DNA of 64,000 nucleotides from Eledone cirrhosa (GCA_964016885.1 OZ024741.1:53320001-53384000); one strand, 5' to 3'; shown: positions 25,125-40,594, numbered from the stretch's first letter. Notes: generated by a model from the sequence alone, not told the origin. Made by a program: numbers and translations.

Positions 25125-26136
25125 GTGAGGTTTTTTTTACAAAATGAAAAATAACCGAGGTGTCCTACACGAGTGAAAGTATAAAGAAAAAAAGATGAAA
25201 TCGAAAATGCAACTGGAGTCTTATTTAAAAATATATATATATATTTATTTGGTTCCTTTACCGGTATCGCAGTTCTTCTGTTTTTCAAAAGTAGAGTTGA
25301 GATGGAGGGTCTGTCATTTTTCTCAGATCTGGTTAGTCTCTGAATTGTTACTTGTTTTATATGGAAAAAGTGGCTCGAAATGCCAGGTTTTTCGAGAAGT
25401 AATTTGATTGGTTGGTCAATAATTATAATAAATTTCGCGCCAGTTTGCGTTTAAAAGTTCTTCAAACAAGGGGGGGTGGGTCACAGGTTGTTTTTTTCAT
25501 ATATGAGTGTTTGAATTTCTTTTTACTTAAAAAAAGGGGGCTCACGAAGGCTTTTTTTAATAAACGTAATTTGATTGGTTATAAATGAAATTATGGCTGT
25601 CACGTGAACAAGTTTTCATTAAATTTTCTCGCCCTTATTTGGAAATCTATTCTGTAGCCTTTTTAGAGAATGTTATGACAAGTAAAAGATAATGGTCAAG
25701 AGAAATTGGATTGGAGAATTGTTCTGGTTCAGTGAATATGGTTAGTTCGCTGGGGTGTCAGAATTCAGATTTTCTATTGAATAAAGAAAGTAAAGATATT
25801 ATAATTATTGACCAACCAATCAAATTACTTCTCGAAAAAGCTGGCATTTCGAGCCACTTTTTCCATAAAAAACAAGTAACATTCAGAGACCAACCAGATG
25901 TGAGAAAAACCACAGACCCTCCATCTCAACTCTACTTTTGAAAAGCAGAAGAACTGCGATACCGGTAAAGGAACCAAATAAATATATATATATTTTTTTT
26001 AAATAAGACTCCAGTTGCATTTTCGATTTCATCTTTTTTTCTTTATACTTTCACTCGTGTAGGACACCTCGGTTATTTTTCATTTTGTAAAAAAAACCTC
26101 ACTTTCTAATACATACCCACCACACGAAGACCGAAA

Positions 26137-29100
26137 ATGCCACCAAAGTCTCAACAAAACAACAACTCACTGAACCAGGATATCTTAAATGAACTCAAAG
26201 AGATTTCCTCTAAACTCTCAATTTTGACCAACAAAGTGGACCAAATACACATCTATAAAAAAGACCCCACAAAGAAACAGAAAATACCCAAGAGACGAAT
26301 ATTACTCCAGCATTGACTAAACTAATCGAAACCATTGAAACAGCAATGCTCCAAATGCTGGAACAACCATTAGAACCCAATCTACGAGATGTCCACTCAG
26401 TGAAAAACACCCTAATCAACATATGGACTCAAAAGCTCACAGCCCGCAAATTCGCCCTTTGGAATCTTCTAAAAAATAATGGCAAGGCAGACATATATGA
26501 AAAGTGACTAAACTCTACCCCAATCATCCTCCCCCCAAAACTCCAAATAAAACCCATCCCGAATGAACCAGAAAACCAACAAAGACTTAGGGAAAATATG
26601 GCGTTAGAAGAATTTAAAATAGAAATAGAACTGTTGCGATTAAGAGCCAACTCCAACGAAGAAAAATTCAAGTCACTCGACCAACAGATAGACACGGAAA
26701 TCTCAAAGCACTCTGAAGGCCTACTCTACGAAAAAACCTTAAAACTTTGGAAAGAAAACTGTGAGGATTAAGAACTAACATCCCTCCAGCGATGGGAAAA
26801 AACGCCACCTGGTTCAACAACAACGAAATGGACTTCAAAAATGAACAACATACAGGTAACCCATTTTTAAAACAAACTAAAACTCACACACCACATGCAC
26901 AACAAATAACAAAAAAAGTAACAAAACGTCCAACATACCCCCAGCAAAACTATAACGTTAATCCCAGAAACCATAGACAAAACTATAACCCTACTAACAA
27001 AAACCGAAGATCCCCGAACACAAAGCAGGAACCGATCCGCAGATCACAACCCCCACAAAACCTATTCCAAAACCGTAGACCCCTGCCCACACAGAGCCTG
27101 TTCCAAAACCGTAGATCCCAACCCACACAAAGGAACAGAATTTACAACCCGGACTATCAACAAACCGAACCTCAATACGTCCGAAACTTCTATACAACAA
27201 CAGGAGAAATACCATTACAACAACAGGAGAAATACCATTAGAAACTTCTATACAACAACAGGAGAAATACCATTAGATATAATAATACCATTGAAAAAAC
27301 ATTCCAGAAAAATCATTTTTTAGACCAAGGCTACAGGACCCACGACACTCGGAGGCACAAATCGATTTTGTAAAACCGAAAATAATCAACCTTTCAAATA
27401 CAAACCTCTCAGCCAACAAGTAAAAATTCTCTCCAAAGGACTGAAATTCACACCAACACCACAATACTCTAACCCCAATGACATAAATGACGATATCTCA
27501 CATTTCTGTAGAAAATTACGTCTCACAGAGAAATTCTTTGACAAGGAGAATAACGATGAATCAATTGTACGGAATAAAAGCAGCTACAACCCAACATAAG
27601 GTAGAAACAGAGTTCTGGACAAATTTTCTGACCACATAGCTACTTTCCCATACCATGAACTACCACAACCTAAACCCAAACCCAACACGAGTCGAAGGGA
27701 ATGGGAGATTATCCATGAACTAAAAAACAATACGGGCATTATAATAAACGAAGCGGACAAGGGAAGTACTGTTGTCATTATGGAGGCTGAAAAATATAAA
27801 CATTCTATGTTCTCTCTCTTACAAAATACTAATTACTATGAAAGAGTAAAATACTACCAGCAATCAAAAACAATGACCAGATTAAACACACTGATTTATC
27901 GATACCAGGAAGACCTAACTAAAAAGGAACGCGATTATTTAACACATTTTGAATACAAAACCAGCAACCTTTACGGACTTCCGAAGATCCACAAGTGTAA
28001 AATAATTAACGATGCCTGTAAACAATCCACCTCAGCCTGCGTGAACACAAAATACCCCACATACCTTAAATTAAGACCAATTGTAGCGGGCCCACAATGT
28101 GAAACACACAGACTGAGCAACTTTATAGACGTACTACTAAAACCAATTCCCAAACACATACCAAGCCTTGTAAGAGACGATCTGGACGTCTTAAACCACC
28201 TCCACAGACATGTCAACAACGACACTATTATTGTGTCTTTCGATCCCACACCAATACGGACTAGAAGCAATAGGATTCTGGCTGGAGAAATATCCCATTC
28301 AGATACCTGGCAGAATAGAAAAAAGCTTCATCACCGAGGGATTAAAATTCATCTTACAGAACAACTTTTTTGATTTCGATGGCAATACTTACAAGCAAAT
28401 ATCGGGGACTGCGATGGGTACAAAAGCCGCTCCAACTCATGCCAACTTAGTCATGGCATACTTAGAAGTCCAGATATATGAACAGTCCAAATCAAAATAC
28501 GGATTGAACTTCCACAAATATTTATCAGAGAATTGGAAACGCTACTTGGATGATTGTCTCATTCTTTGGTCCCACACACTCGACCAACTGAAGGATTTCA
28601 AAAACTTAATAAACGGCATCAATAACCACATCCAATTCACAATGGAATACAGCCAAGATCAACTCCCATTTCTGGACATCTTAATCATAAAAAAGACACA
28701 AATATTGAAACTGACATACACTACAAACCAACAGATTCCTAACAATACCTGCTATTCACCTCCAACCACCCAAAGCACACGCAGGCGGACATTCCTTTTA
28801 ACCTAGCAAGAAGAATTTGCACAATTGTCTCCAATTATGAAACGCGAAATAAAAGACTTCAAGAATTAAAGGAAATTCTACTCAAAAGAGAGTACCCACC
28901 ATTACTAATAAATAATTGTTTCTACTTTTGGCACAAGGCCAGCAATTTCCCAGTACATTACTGGTACTTTATTTTATCGACCCCGTATGGATGAAAGGCA
29001 AAGTTAACCTCGGCGGGATTTGAACTCAGATCATAAAGGTAATAAATAATGGAATAGAAAGGGCTAAAGCAATAGGCATTGATGAATTACGAAAACAGAA

Positions 29101-29340
29101 ACAGATTCGAGGTACGTCCAATATTCTATCATATATCTCAACACACAACCCAAGAAATTCGGAAGCTTACAACACTATTCACAAGAACATCCCACTATTA
29201 AAACAAAACCCAAGAATGAAAAAAGCCCTTGAAACACACAAAATAATCAAAAGCAAAAGACAACCGAAATCACTGAAAACATTACTCACCAATGCCAAAT
29301 TACCTACCACAAACCCACAACCAACTGTCAAAAATATTCC
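26137..29340 (+). pseudogene. Disrupted PLE RT ORF (Neptune-like) with long N-terminal region; endonuclease part not found
   Basis: INLS..KGLKFTPTP, ADKGS, LYGLPKIHK, RPIVAGP, GTAMGTKAAP, WKRYLDD, LPFLD, HPKH; stops, frameshifts and a SINE insertion. Confidence 0.9.
28917..29039 (-). mobile_element. 5'-truncated SINE inserted in the PLE ORF
   Basis: Meta-like domain; 11-bp TSD taataaataat at 28906-28916 and 29040-29050. Confidence 0.88.
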
Positions 29341-29359
29341 TATTAAGGGAATCATTTTC

Positions 29360-29400
<41 letters not shown>

Positions 29401-29887
29401 ATATATATATATATATATTCTCTTCATCTTAACATGTTAACCATACTCCCACACACATAACACCAATACACACACATAACAACCCAGGCCCCCACACACA
29501 CAACACCCTCCCCCATTTCTACTAATAGAATCACTTTCCTACACACATATATACACACACACAAATATATATATATTCTCTCCATCTTAACATACTCCCA
29601 CACACACACACACACATAACACCCATATACCCCCCCCCCCATTTCTACTAATAGAATCATCTTCCAATACACACACACGCGCGCGCACACACACACACAA
29701 GCACACAAATAAACATACACATCTTTACTTTCTTTACTTCAATAGAAAATCTGAATTCTGACACCCAGCGAACTAACCATAATTTCATGTTTAACCAATC
29801 AAATTACGTTTATTAAAAAGAAGCCTTCTTGAGCCCCCATTTTTTTAAGTAAAGAGAAATTCAAACACACACACACAACACACAACA

Positions 29888-29944
<57 letters not shown>

Positions 29945-30486
29945 ACACACACACACACAAGCACACAAATAAACATACATATCTTTACTTTCTTTATTCA
30001 ATAGAAAATCTGAATTCTGACACCCCAGCGAACTAACCATATTCACTGAACCAGAACAATTCTCCTATCCAATTTCTCTTGACCATTATCTTTCACTTGT
30101 CATAAAATTCTCTAAAAAGGCTACAGAATAGATTTCCAAATAAGGGCGCGAAAATTTAATGAAAACTTGTTCACGTGACAGCCATAATTTCATTTATAAC
30201 CAATCAAATTACATTTATTTAAAAAAAAAGCCTTCGTGAGCCCCCTTTTTTTAAGTAAAAACAAATTCAAACACTCATATATGAAAAAACAACCTGCCCC
30301 CCCCCCCCCTTGTTTGAAGAACTTTGTAACGAGAACCGGCGCGAAATTTATTATAATTATTGACCAACCAACCAAATTACTTCTCGAAAAACCTGGCATT
30401 TCGAGCCACTTTTTCCATATAAAACAAGTAACATTCAGAGACCAACCAGATGTGAGAAAAACCACAGATCCTCCATCTCAACTCTA

Positions 30487-30522
30487 CTTTTGAAAAGCAG
30501 AAGAACTGCGAAACCGGTAAAG
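30487..30522 (+). ncRNA. Minimal hammerhead, U3-A8 core variant
   Basis: ctt-TTGAAAA-gcag(aagaa)ctgc-GAAA-ccgg-TA-aag. Copies at 25935-25970 and in the inverted arm carry GATA instead of GAAA. Confidence 0.8.
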
Positions 30523-30989
30523 GGACCAAATAAATATATATATATTTTTTTAAATAAGATTCCAGTTGCATTTTCGATCTCATCTTTTTTTCTTTATATA
30601 TATATATATATATATATATATGGTGGTTTTTTGCTCCTTGCACTTTCCTAGCGTGATATCGTAAATGACTTTTGAGTCCTGCAAGGAGTTGAAGAGCTGA
30701 CTATAAATACTGTGGTCTCAAACCAGCATTGGCGCCATTTTTCCTATCTTAAAACAGTGTGAGATATGCGTACTTTTGTACATAAGGAACATTTAAAGAA
30801 AGGTGCCATTGCTATCAATCTTATTTTTACGAAATTTTCTTTTCGATTCAGCATGCTTAGTTCTGTCAAGCTGAAACGTTTTCTAAATGAGAAATGTAAC
30901 ACTATGTTTCCCTATCTGCCTTAAGAGATTCATGACTTTTGTAACATAAATTCAAATTTGGTTTTAAAGTGTCTTTGTATCTTTTCTTT

Positions 30990-32560
30990 GTATTACTATT
31001 TTTTCTCTTTCGCAGCATAAGCTCATCATAAAACATTTGTATGGGAATGCGCTCATCATCCACACGGATGAGATGGCCTGTTCATCGCAGATAATTCCCA
31101 ATAAGCATGTCTTAGATTGATGTGACTATAGCTTCAGCGAGAACCCCGATGCCGAGAAAGAGTTAATACCAGCTTATTCTGAATATGTGGTGGAGGCATT
31201 TCTGTTAAAATCTTTCAAACTTTTTTTATATAACACGTATATTCTCCACGTTCCAATGCAGAATTAACAAATGAGACATATATACCAATAACTTAATGTC
31301 AGTTTTGATAAGCCGCTGTGACTAGACTTTAGATTCTCGATGCCCTATGAATGATCCGTGTCTAAATTTCTATCAACATGTACCAGATATTCAAAAGAAA
31401 TTACAACTTTAAGGACTGTACCCTTTACAAGTACCCGAAGTGCGTTTATTTGTTTTCCATGGGCAGGGTGATGCATTATAACAATTATTTTTTGTTTTAT
31501 TTTTTCAAATTAATTGTGAGACCAAAAAACGTCACGTGTAGAATCTAACGCCTTGCTTGGTGTGGCTATATAGATCACATAGCGAAGAGGTAAAAACTTT
31601 GGAGTTGACTTTCATTCGTGTTAAATTGAATATATTGGAAGACCGGTATCGTATATAAGATGCCATCTATTGAAATAGCAAATGTATTTGAAAGCATAGC
31701 TGCAACATATATGGTAGACGTTGTCGGTGCTTCGAGATCACCTTGATTAACTCCACATTCAACAGCAAATGTTTCCGATAGGGTTGCACCAAATTTAACC
31801 CGGGTCCTCATATCCTTATGGAGAGCCTAGGTTTTGTTTACGAAAATTTCAGGACAGCTAAATTTCTTCAGCAGTAGCTACAGTGCGTTCTTGTTAACCG
31901 AGACAAAAGGTTTGCTATGATCTACAAAATAATGGTGTAAGCCCACGATTTGTTCGTTACATTTCTCTTTTAGCTGTCAGATAGTGAAGATTTTATCAAT
32001 TGTCCCTCGAGAACTGTGGAGGCCACATAGTGACTCTGATACAGCTCTCGGGATGATAAATTTATCTAAGAGAACACGGAGGAGCACCATTCCAATATCT
32101 TACAGTAAATATATTCCACAGAAAATTCCACATACGTCGTTGAAAACAGATTTATACAGGAAAATGACAATAGCATCAACACTTCCTGAGGCAGCTCCTC
32201 TTTTTTTCCATTAGCATATATACAATTTCGGAATGAGGTAATTCGGTCACTCTTTCCCCATCAGAATTCAAAATTTCTGAACAAATGCCAACAATTCCCT
32301 AGGATTTATTGTTATTGAACTGTAGCCCAAAGAGGAAGATGCTGCATTATAGATTTGTAATTTGAAATTCTCCAAGGTATTTTCTTTTTCAGGTGCAACA
32401 CCTTTTATTGCATCTCGAAAATGTTGCAATAGGGTTGGGGAAATAAGGTTTGCTATGTTAGAGCCTGCCTTTCTAATTTTGGGCTAGATTGAAACAACAA
32501 ACTTCCCTCTTCCTAGCCAATGGTATGTGCAACACTTTGCTCTTCTAATAACTCAGGAAC
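30990..32560 (-). mobile_element. Decayed RTE-clade LINE
   Basis: SETFAVECGVNQGDLEAPT, FEYL, QKCLHHIFRISW on the minus strand; heavily disrupted. Confidence 0.75.
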
Positions 32561-32959
32561 TGCGGATATTATTCAAATCTGATTTGTCTACCAATAAATA
32601 ATCAATAAGATGCCAGTGCATCCAGTTTATTTTATTTATTTATTCTTTTTTTGCTGAGTCTTAGGAGTGAAATACCATTTCGATTACATTTTCCTACACC
32701 ATGTTTACACAAGGCCAGCCGTCATGAAATCAGATCCAAACCCCGAGATGAAGTCACCATAATTACTAGCTTACTACCAACTGGTACATTACTCAACAAT
32801 TCTCACACATCCATGCATACATACATACATACATACATATGTACTTACATACGTACATATATACATATACCTGCATATACATACATATACATATACAGAT
32901 AAATACAAATATACATACATATTTACATGTATAAATATATACATATGTACATACATCAA

Positions 32960-33077
32960 AACGATGAAAGGCAAAATTGACATTGGTGGGATTTGAGTTC
33001 AGAGTGCAGATGGGGGGGAAAGAATACCACAAAGCATTATCTTCGACGTTCTAACGACACGATCGATTCGCCGCCTG
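32960..33077 (-). mobile_element. SINE 5' part (tRNA-like head)
   Basis: ggcggcgaa..gtcgttagaacgtcg..gcctttcatc on the minus strand. Confidence 0.65.
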
Positions 33078-33309
33078 AAGCATATAATATTATGGTCAAA
33101 ATATGACTGAATTCAATACCAAAGCGTGAAAAGTACAAATAGGTTTTTAAAAAAATATTGCTGAAACGTAAAGTAAACTAAAGAGGTTGAGCGCGAAAAT
33201 ATTGGAAAGTTTGTTTGGTTAATCATGAATTTGACGTTAAATGAATGAGCTGTCAAAAAAAAAAATAGATTCATATGAATTATAGAAAGAGGCATTTGAC
33301 ACATTTTCA

Positions 33310-33383
<74 letters not shown>

Positions 33384-33440
33384 CACATATATATATATAT
33401 ATGCATATATATGCATTTATATATGTATATTTATACAGAT

Positions 33441-33480
<40 letters not shown>

Positions 33481-33483
<3 letters not shown>

Positions 33484-34440
33484 GGAAAAATTTGAACAGG
33501 AACAAAACAGAGAGGCAGTACAACGAATGTTTATTAATTTCACGCTCTGGAGAGTGGGGTGGTGGTGGGGAACGACGTTTCGGGCATAAGCCCTTCCTCA
33601 GGCGAGAAGTGTGTGGGAACAGAGTTCAAAGGATGTGTAGGGGAGTGGTGGAGAGACATATAGCGAAAGGAAACGGTGCGAATGAAATTAAAAATAAAAA
33701 TAAAAATAAAGCATGATCAAAATACAAGGAATGAAATAAAATTAAATATAAAAGCATGATCAAAATAACTGAAATTAAAAAGGGGTAAAACAGGTGGTGG
33801 AAGGGTGTGGGGTGTGTAGGGGTGGTGGCGGATGGAGTGGGGAGAGGGAGACGGGTGTCCGAGCGGGGAGGGCTGAAGGTGGTGGTGTGTGTGTAGGTGT
33901 ACCTGTGTGTGTGTGTTTGTGTATGTGAAAGTAAGGGTTGGGGGAAGAACGGGGTTGCATGTTCAGGAAGAGGTGTGTGTGTGTGTAGGGGGGTTGTAGC
34001 TCGGAGTGTCTGTGCGTGTTTGGATAGAGGGGTGGGGGGAGAGTAATCAGGAGGCTGAGGGTGTAAATATGTGGTGGAAAGCACGTGTGTGTGGGGTTTA
34101 AGCGTGTTGTAGGTGTAGGTGGCGTGTGGAGAAAAATATTTTTTTGGGGTGTGTGTGTGGGTGAGATATATAGGTGATTCCGTAAGAGGATGGTTGAAAA
34201 GTTGGTAAATTCCTATGATATTTAGTAGATTCCGTGGTGGTCAAGTTCCACATACGAGTATTCCATGAGGAGATGGTCGGAAGAGGAGAGATGTGGGGGT
34301 GAGCGCGCAACAGGAAGTGGTCAAGCAGTGGGAGTGCTGTGTGTCTGTTTGTGCTGGGAGGTGGTTAGAGGGCATAGCAGCAGTCGGTGGAATGGTAAAG
34401 GGCGAAGATGGGTAGGTGTGAAAGTTGGAGTGAGGAGGGT
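33481..34440 (-). mobile_element. PLE 3' region/pLTR remnant between (TA)n tracts
   Basis: Strand-biased C/A-rich sequence on minus with a minimal HHR ~90 nt from the TA junction. Confidence 0.6.
33573..33604 (-). ncRNA. Minimal PLE-type hammerhead
   Basis: CTGAGGA-a-gggc(ttat)gccc-GAAA-cg-TC; stem I is weak. Confidence 0.75.
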
Positions 34441-34453
34441 ATGCATATATATG

Positions 34454-34598
<145 letters not shown>

Positions 34599-34600
34599 TA

Positions 34601-35148
<548 letters not shown>

Positions 35149-35236
35149 AATATACATATTTATATATATATATATATATATGTTTGTGTGTGTATATATA
35201 TATATATATATACATATATCTATATATGTGTGTGTA

Positions 35237-35267
<31 letters not shown>

Positions 35268-35469
35268 GCATATATATGCATTTATATATACACAGAGAGA
35301 CACAGATAGATAGCGTAGTCTCAGATTTCTAGCTTCAAGTCTCTCATTGAGCGATCACAGTGGTACATGATCGTTATATTATATATCGATCTCTTTATTG
35401 ATATATCTATATATACATAGTGTAAATAATCGTGTGGATTACAAAACTCTAGTTGGTTAACACATTAAA

Positions 35470-35539
<70 letters not shown>

Positions 35540-35577
35540 TATAGATATATATACATCTATCCATACATATATATATG

Positions 35578-35613
<36 letters not shown>

Positions 35614-35657
35614 CACGCACACATACACATATATATATATATATTCACACATTCTCA

Positions 35658-35692
<35 letters not shown>

Positions 35693-35831
35693 GTTTGAAT
35701 GTGTTTGCGATGTGACTCTTAAAAATCGCGCTATATAAAAGTGCATGCTGAATATACATCTATATATAGACTATATATAGACTATATATATATATATGGG
35801 TGTGCGCGTATAGCGTATATGCGCGTGTTTT

Positions 35832-35938
<107 letters not shown>

Positions 35939-36104
35939 ATGTTTGTAAGTACAGACAAATATAATCCTCCCTGGTTGGTTTATATCCCTTGGCAGCTTGG
36001 AAAAACATTTCTGCACAAATTTAATGGTTATTGCCTTAGTTATAAATATTAACGATAACTGAAAAACAATCATAGTTGAGCGATAAAGAGCTTGGTAGAC
36101 AACG

Positions 36105-36135
<31 letters not shown>

Positions 36136-36350
36136 TTATCTATCTACCTATCCATCTAACTATCTATCTATCTATCTATCTCCCTAAGTGCCTCTTCTAC
36201 TTTATCTCTCTCTCTCTTTCTCTCTCTCTATATATATATATATCGATCAACTTTTCTATTTATATAGTTATATATATACTTACACATCAACTTCTCTGTA
36301 TGCTTGAATGTATCTATGTCTTAATTTTTTGGTGTATGTATGTATGTATG

Positions 36351-36428
<78 letters not shown>

Positions 36429-37399
36429 GTATTAAAATGTTTTATATTTGTAAACTTAATCTAATCAGTTATTTGACATTTTTATTGACGATTTTTTTTT
36501 TTCCGCGCAAACTCTAATGCTCAAATTTATATTCTGTCTCGTTATTTTATCTTTTACCATCTGTGCTACTTTTAATACTGTTTCTACCCTTAAAAAGCAT
36601 CTATATTTCAATCTTTAATCTTTAATTGCTAGTGAAGCAAACATGTTACATTAACTGATGCCCAGAGCAAGTTTCATATCCGTATTCAGTTAAATATTTA
36701 CCAACTGTGTATACATGGTTCGCTTCATATCAATACGATGTTTATGTATATTCAACCTCCAAATCGATGCTTATGTATTATAAAATTTAATATTTGTCAT
36801 TGTTGTTGTTGTTTTAGTTATTGTTGTAGTTTAGCTCCAGATCAATGCCTGATTGAGGAGACCTACGTGTAATGTCATTTCAGTAGTTGATATTTTACAT
36901 CTTTCCCCGAGACAGCCTACCAACGAATAGAACCACACCTTTCTACATGGTAGGATGAACCTTGAAAGATTTTTGATAGGTATGATAAGTCCAAAATATT
37001 TTGTCACCTTTCTTTGTTGATAATACTTATGATTTCTTCTATTTAGGGTGATATTTTACAAGTATATTCTTATTTATATTTCTGTGGCAGCAACTATGAT
37101 ACCTATACTATGTTTATCCGATTATTACCTTTCGGATTTTTAACCGTATTTCTAGGGAGAAAACATTTATTGCAATTTTGACATCGGCACTACATTTCAA
37201 TAAGTTAGACCTCCATCCATAATCAGGTGTATTTTTCCTGAATATGTACATATCGACAAGGAGAATTAGAGCACGGAGGTTTTATCGCTAAATTATTGGT
37301 ATTACCCAATTTAACCACTAGGCTACTGGTTCATGAATGTAAAATAGAAAAACTACATAAAAAAATTGTATAATGTTTTTATTAATTTGTAAATGTAGA

Positions 37400-37800
37400 A
37401 TTACAAAATCGTCTTGCCTATGACTTCACAAAGAAATAGGTGTCCAAGACGTCACTGTTAAGTGCCAAAAGTCCTGTTTTTTACATCTCGAGTAAGGAGC
37501 AGATATGGCAATAGCCTTGGGTTCAAAGGACCCAAATTCTCTAATAAGCTGCAAAGAAAATTTAAATATCTAAATGGTCTGAACGTAGATGTTTTCAAGA
37601 AACATTCGACACTCTGCTATCTAAGATCACAGATACACCCACAACACGGATTGAGGGTAAACTAATGGCAACAGCAACGAACACCCTCCTACATTAATGG
37701 CCAGCCAACACATGCTGCGTTTAGAAAGTGAAGCAACAAGGTCAGTGCCCAAGAATGGCCTCAGCCGGATGGATGGAACAGGTAAAAGACTAAAAGAGTA
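37400..37800 (+). mobile_element. CR1/L2-like LINE 3' end
   Basis: Relic reading RSRYGNSLGFKGPK..DVFKK followed by the shared ..ggaacaggtaaaaga tail. Confidence 0.6.
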
Positions 37801-37882
37801 ATATCGATATCACCTCATTCAGTGCTTTCGAAAAATACTAATCGCAGCTGCAACTTCGATTTTGCTCACTATTATTATTATT

Positions 37883-38036
37883 AAGGCAAAGTTAACCTCG
37901 GCAGGATTTGAACTTATGATCTGAGTTCAAAACCTGGTGAGGTTAACTTTGCCTTTCATCCATACGGGCTCGATAAAATAAAGTACCAGTTAAGTACTGG
38001 GATAATAATTGCTGGCTTTGTGCCAAAAGATGAAAC
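37883..38036 (+). mobile_element. SINE with inverted 5' duplication
   Basis: IR 37883-37914 / 37924-37955. Flanked by actattattattatta at 37868-37883 and 38035-38050; same subfamily as 28917-29039. Confidence 0.82.
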
Positions 38037-38047
38037 TATTATTATTA

Positions 38048-38144
<97 letters not shown>

Positions 38145-38740
38145 CTATATATAAACAACATCAAGTGCAAAAGCAAACACGACGTAGAAACCGCAGCAAT
38201 AACAACGGTAACACAAACAATATCAGCACCATTAAAAACAAGGTAGCAATACATAAATAATAAAATCTATAGACAAAAACTATCGTCTGCTTACGGCGGA
38301 AAAGCCTCCCCAGAACAAAAAACAAAAAAAATAACAAGTAACGAAGCGAAACATATTAAAGCAAGGAATTTTACATACGTATACGCACAGACTTACATAT
38401 ACACACATACACACAGACACACACATAGGGTTTGAGACATAGATACATACACATATATACGCATGCACAAACGCATACGCACATGTTCTCATACGTTCAT
38501 ACACATGAAAATATATATAAAATAATTTGTTTCGTTTTTTATATAAATATTTACCATGGAATGAGTGTGTGCGTATGTGTCTATATCAGAGACTACACGA
38601 ATATGACTGATCACTAAGGTGTGCGTATATATTCTTGTATGCCTAGGTGTATACGTATGTACATTGTATGTGACTGTGTGTGTGCATCTTTGTGAGAGCG
38701 CGTGTGTTTATGGGCATGTGTGTAAAAAAGCACAAGGATT

Positions 38741-38811
<71 letters not shown>

Positions 38812-38854
38812 GTGTATATATATATATTTATATATATATCATATGTATATGTAT

Positions 38855-38903
<49 letters not shown>

Positions 38904-38907
38904 AACT

Positions 38908-38956
<49 letters not shown>

Positions 38957-38965
38957 GTGTATATG

Positions 38966-39002
<37 letters not shown>

Positions 39003-39092
39003 ATATCGTATGTATATGTATATACATACATTCATATATATATATATATATATGTATACATACATATAATATATATATATATATATTATTTG

Positions 39093-39159
<67 letters not shown>

Positions 39160-39655
39160 GCACATATACCTACATATACACATACATATATGTATATATC
39201 TTTTTTTCTTTGATTACGTTAGATTTCTTTTCTGTTTCCTATTGATTGTCTCATGTAATTTAACGATAACACTTCTTTTTATTGGTCCTTGGGCTGTGGT
39301 AACATTTATCTTGTCTCAGTACTTTATCTCGTCTGATTCCGAACAGACGGTGCGTTAATTGTTCAAATGGCTGGGGTCTGATTGTTTGCAATTAATATCC
39401 TTAAAACCTCGAAAATTTCCGTTGATATCTGCGATATTCATGGATTTTCACGCATGAATCAGATGACTGAAGATCCGAAACTGTTGATCAAATATTGCAA
39501 AAGATACTGAAATATCCCAAGGACGGGAAAATAGAAATACTCCACCGGTTTGACTTTGTAAATTTACTCCATATGTTTATTTGAGATTCAGCTGCGATTT
39601 GATAGAATGATGATTTGATAGAATATATTCGATTATATTTTAATTTTCTGGGAAT

Positions 39656-39698
<43 letters not shown>

Positions 39699-39869
39699 TA
39701 TATATATATTGGCCGGAGGAATTAGATGTTTTTCCGGTAAATCACGAGTACTAGTTAGCCAAGATATAAGAACATAAATAATCCCTGTTACTGTGTTCCA
39801 TGGCTGGAGCAGTCCCACCATTAAGAGCTTATTGTTATATTCATTCAAATAAAACTAAACACGCACCCC

Positions 39870-39900
<31 letters not shown>

Positions 39901-40095
39901 GATAAATCTACCTGAAGACAGCATATATATATGTGTAGGTATGTATATTCCCTCTGATAGCTTGGAAACATTTTACATAGATCTATATGATATACATACC
40001 AACATACACATATATATATACTAGAAACGATCGTAAAATGATAAATTTTTTAATATAAGGAACTGTTTCTTTGTTTTTATTCATTATTTTTATTA

Positions 40096-40168
<73 letters not shown>

Positions 40169-40169
40169 A

Positions 40170-40240
<71 letters not shown>

Positions 40241-40246
<6 letters not shown>

Positions 40247-40594
40247 GTGAGGTTTTTTTTACAAAATGAAAAATAACCGAGGTGTCCTACACGAGTGGAA
40301 GTATAAAGAAAAAGGGATGAAATCGAAAATGCAACTGAAGTCTTATTTTTTTTAAAAATATATATATTTATTTGGTTCCTTTACCGGTTTCGCAGTTCTT
40401 CTGCTTTTCAAAAGGTGAGTTGAGATGGAGGGTCTGTGGTTTTTCTCACATCTGTGAGAAAAACCACAGACCCTCCATCTGAACTCACCTTTTGAAAAGC
40501 AGAAGAACTGCGAAACCGGTAAAGGAACCAAATAAATATATATATTTTTAAAAAAAATAAGACTTCAGTTGCATTTTCGATTTCATCCCTTTTT

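Larger units (their letters stand above)
25119..30598 (+). mobile_element. Decayed Neptune-type PLE: inverted arm + partial direct 5' pLTR + ORF + 3' pLTR
   Basis: 25180-25799 is the inverse of 29979-30598; 25797-26048 directly repeats 30349-30598; (TA)n on both sides. Confidence 0.93.
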
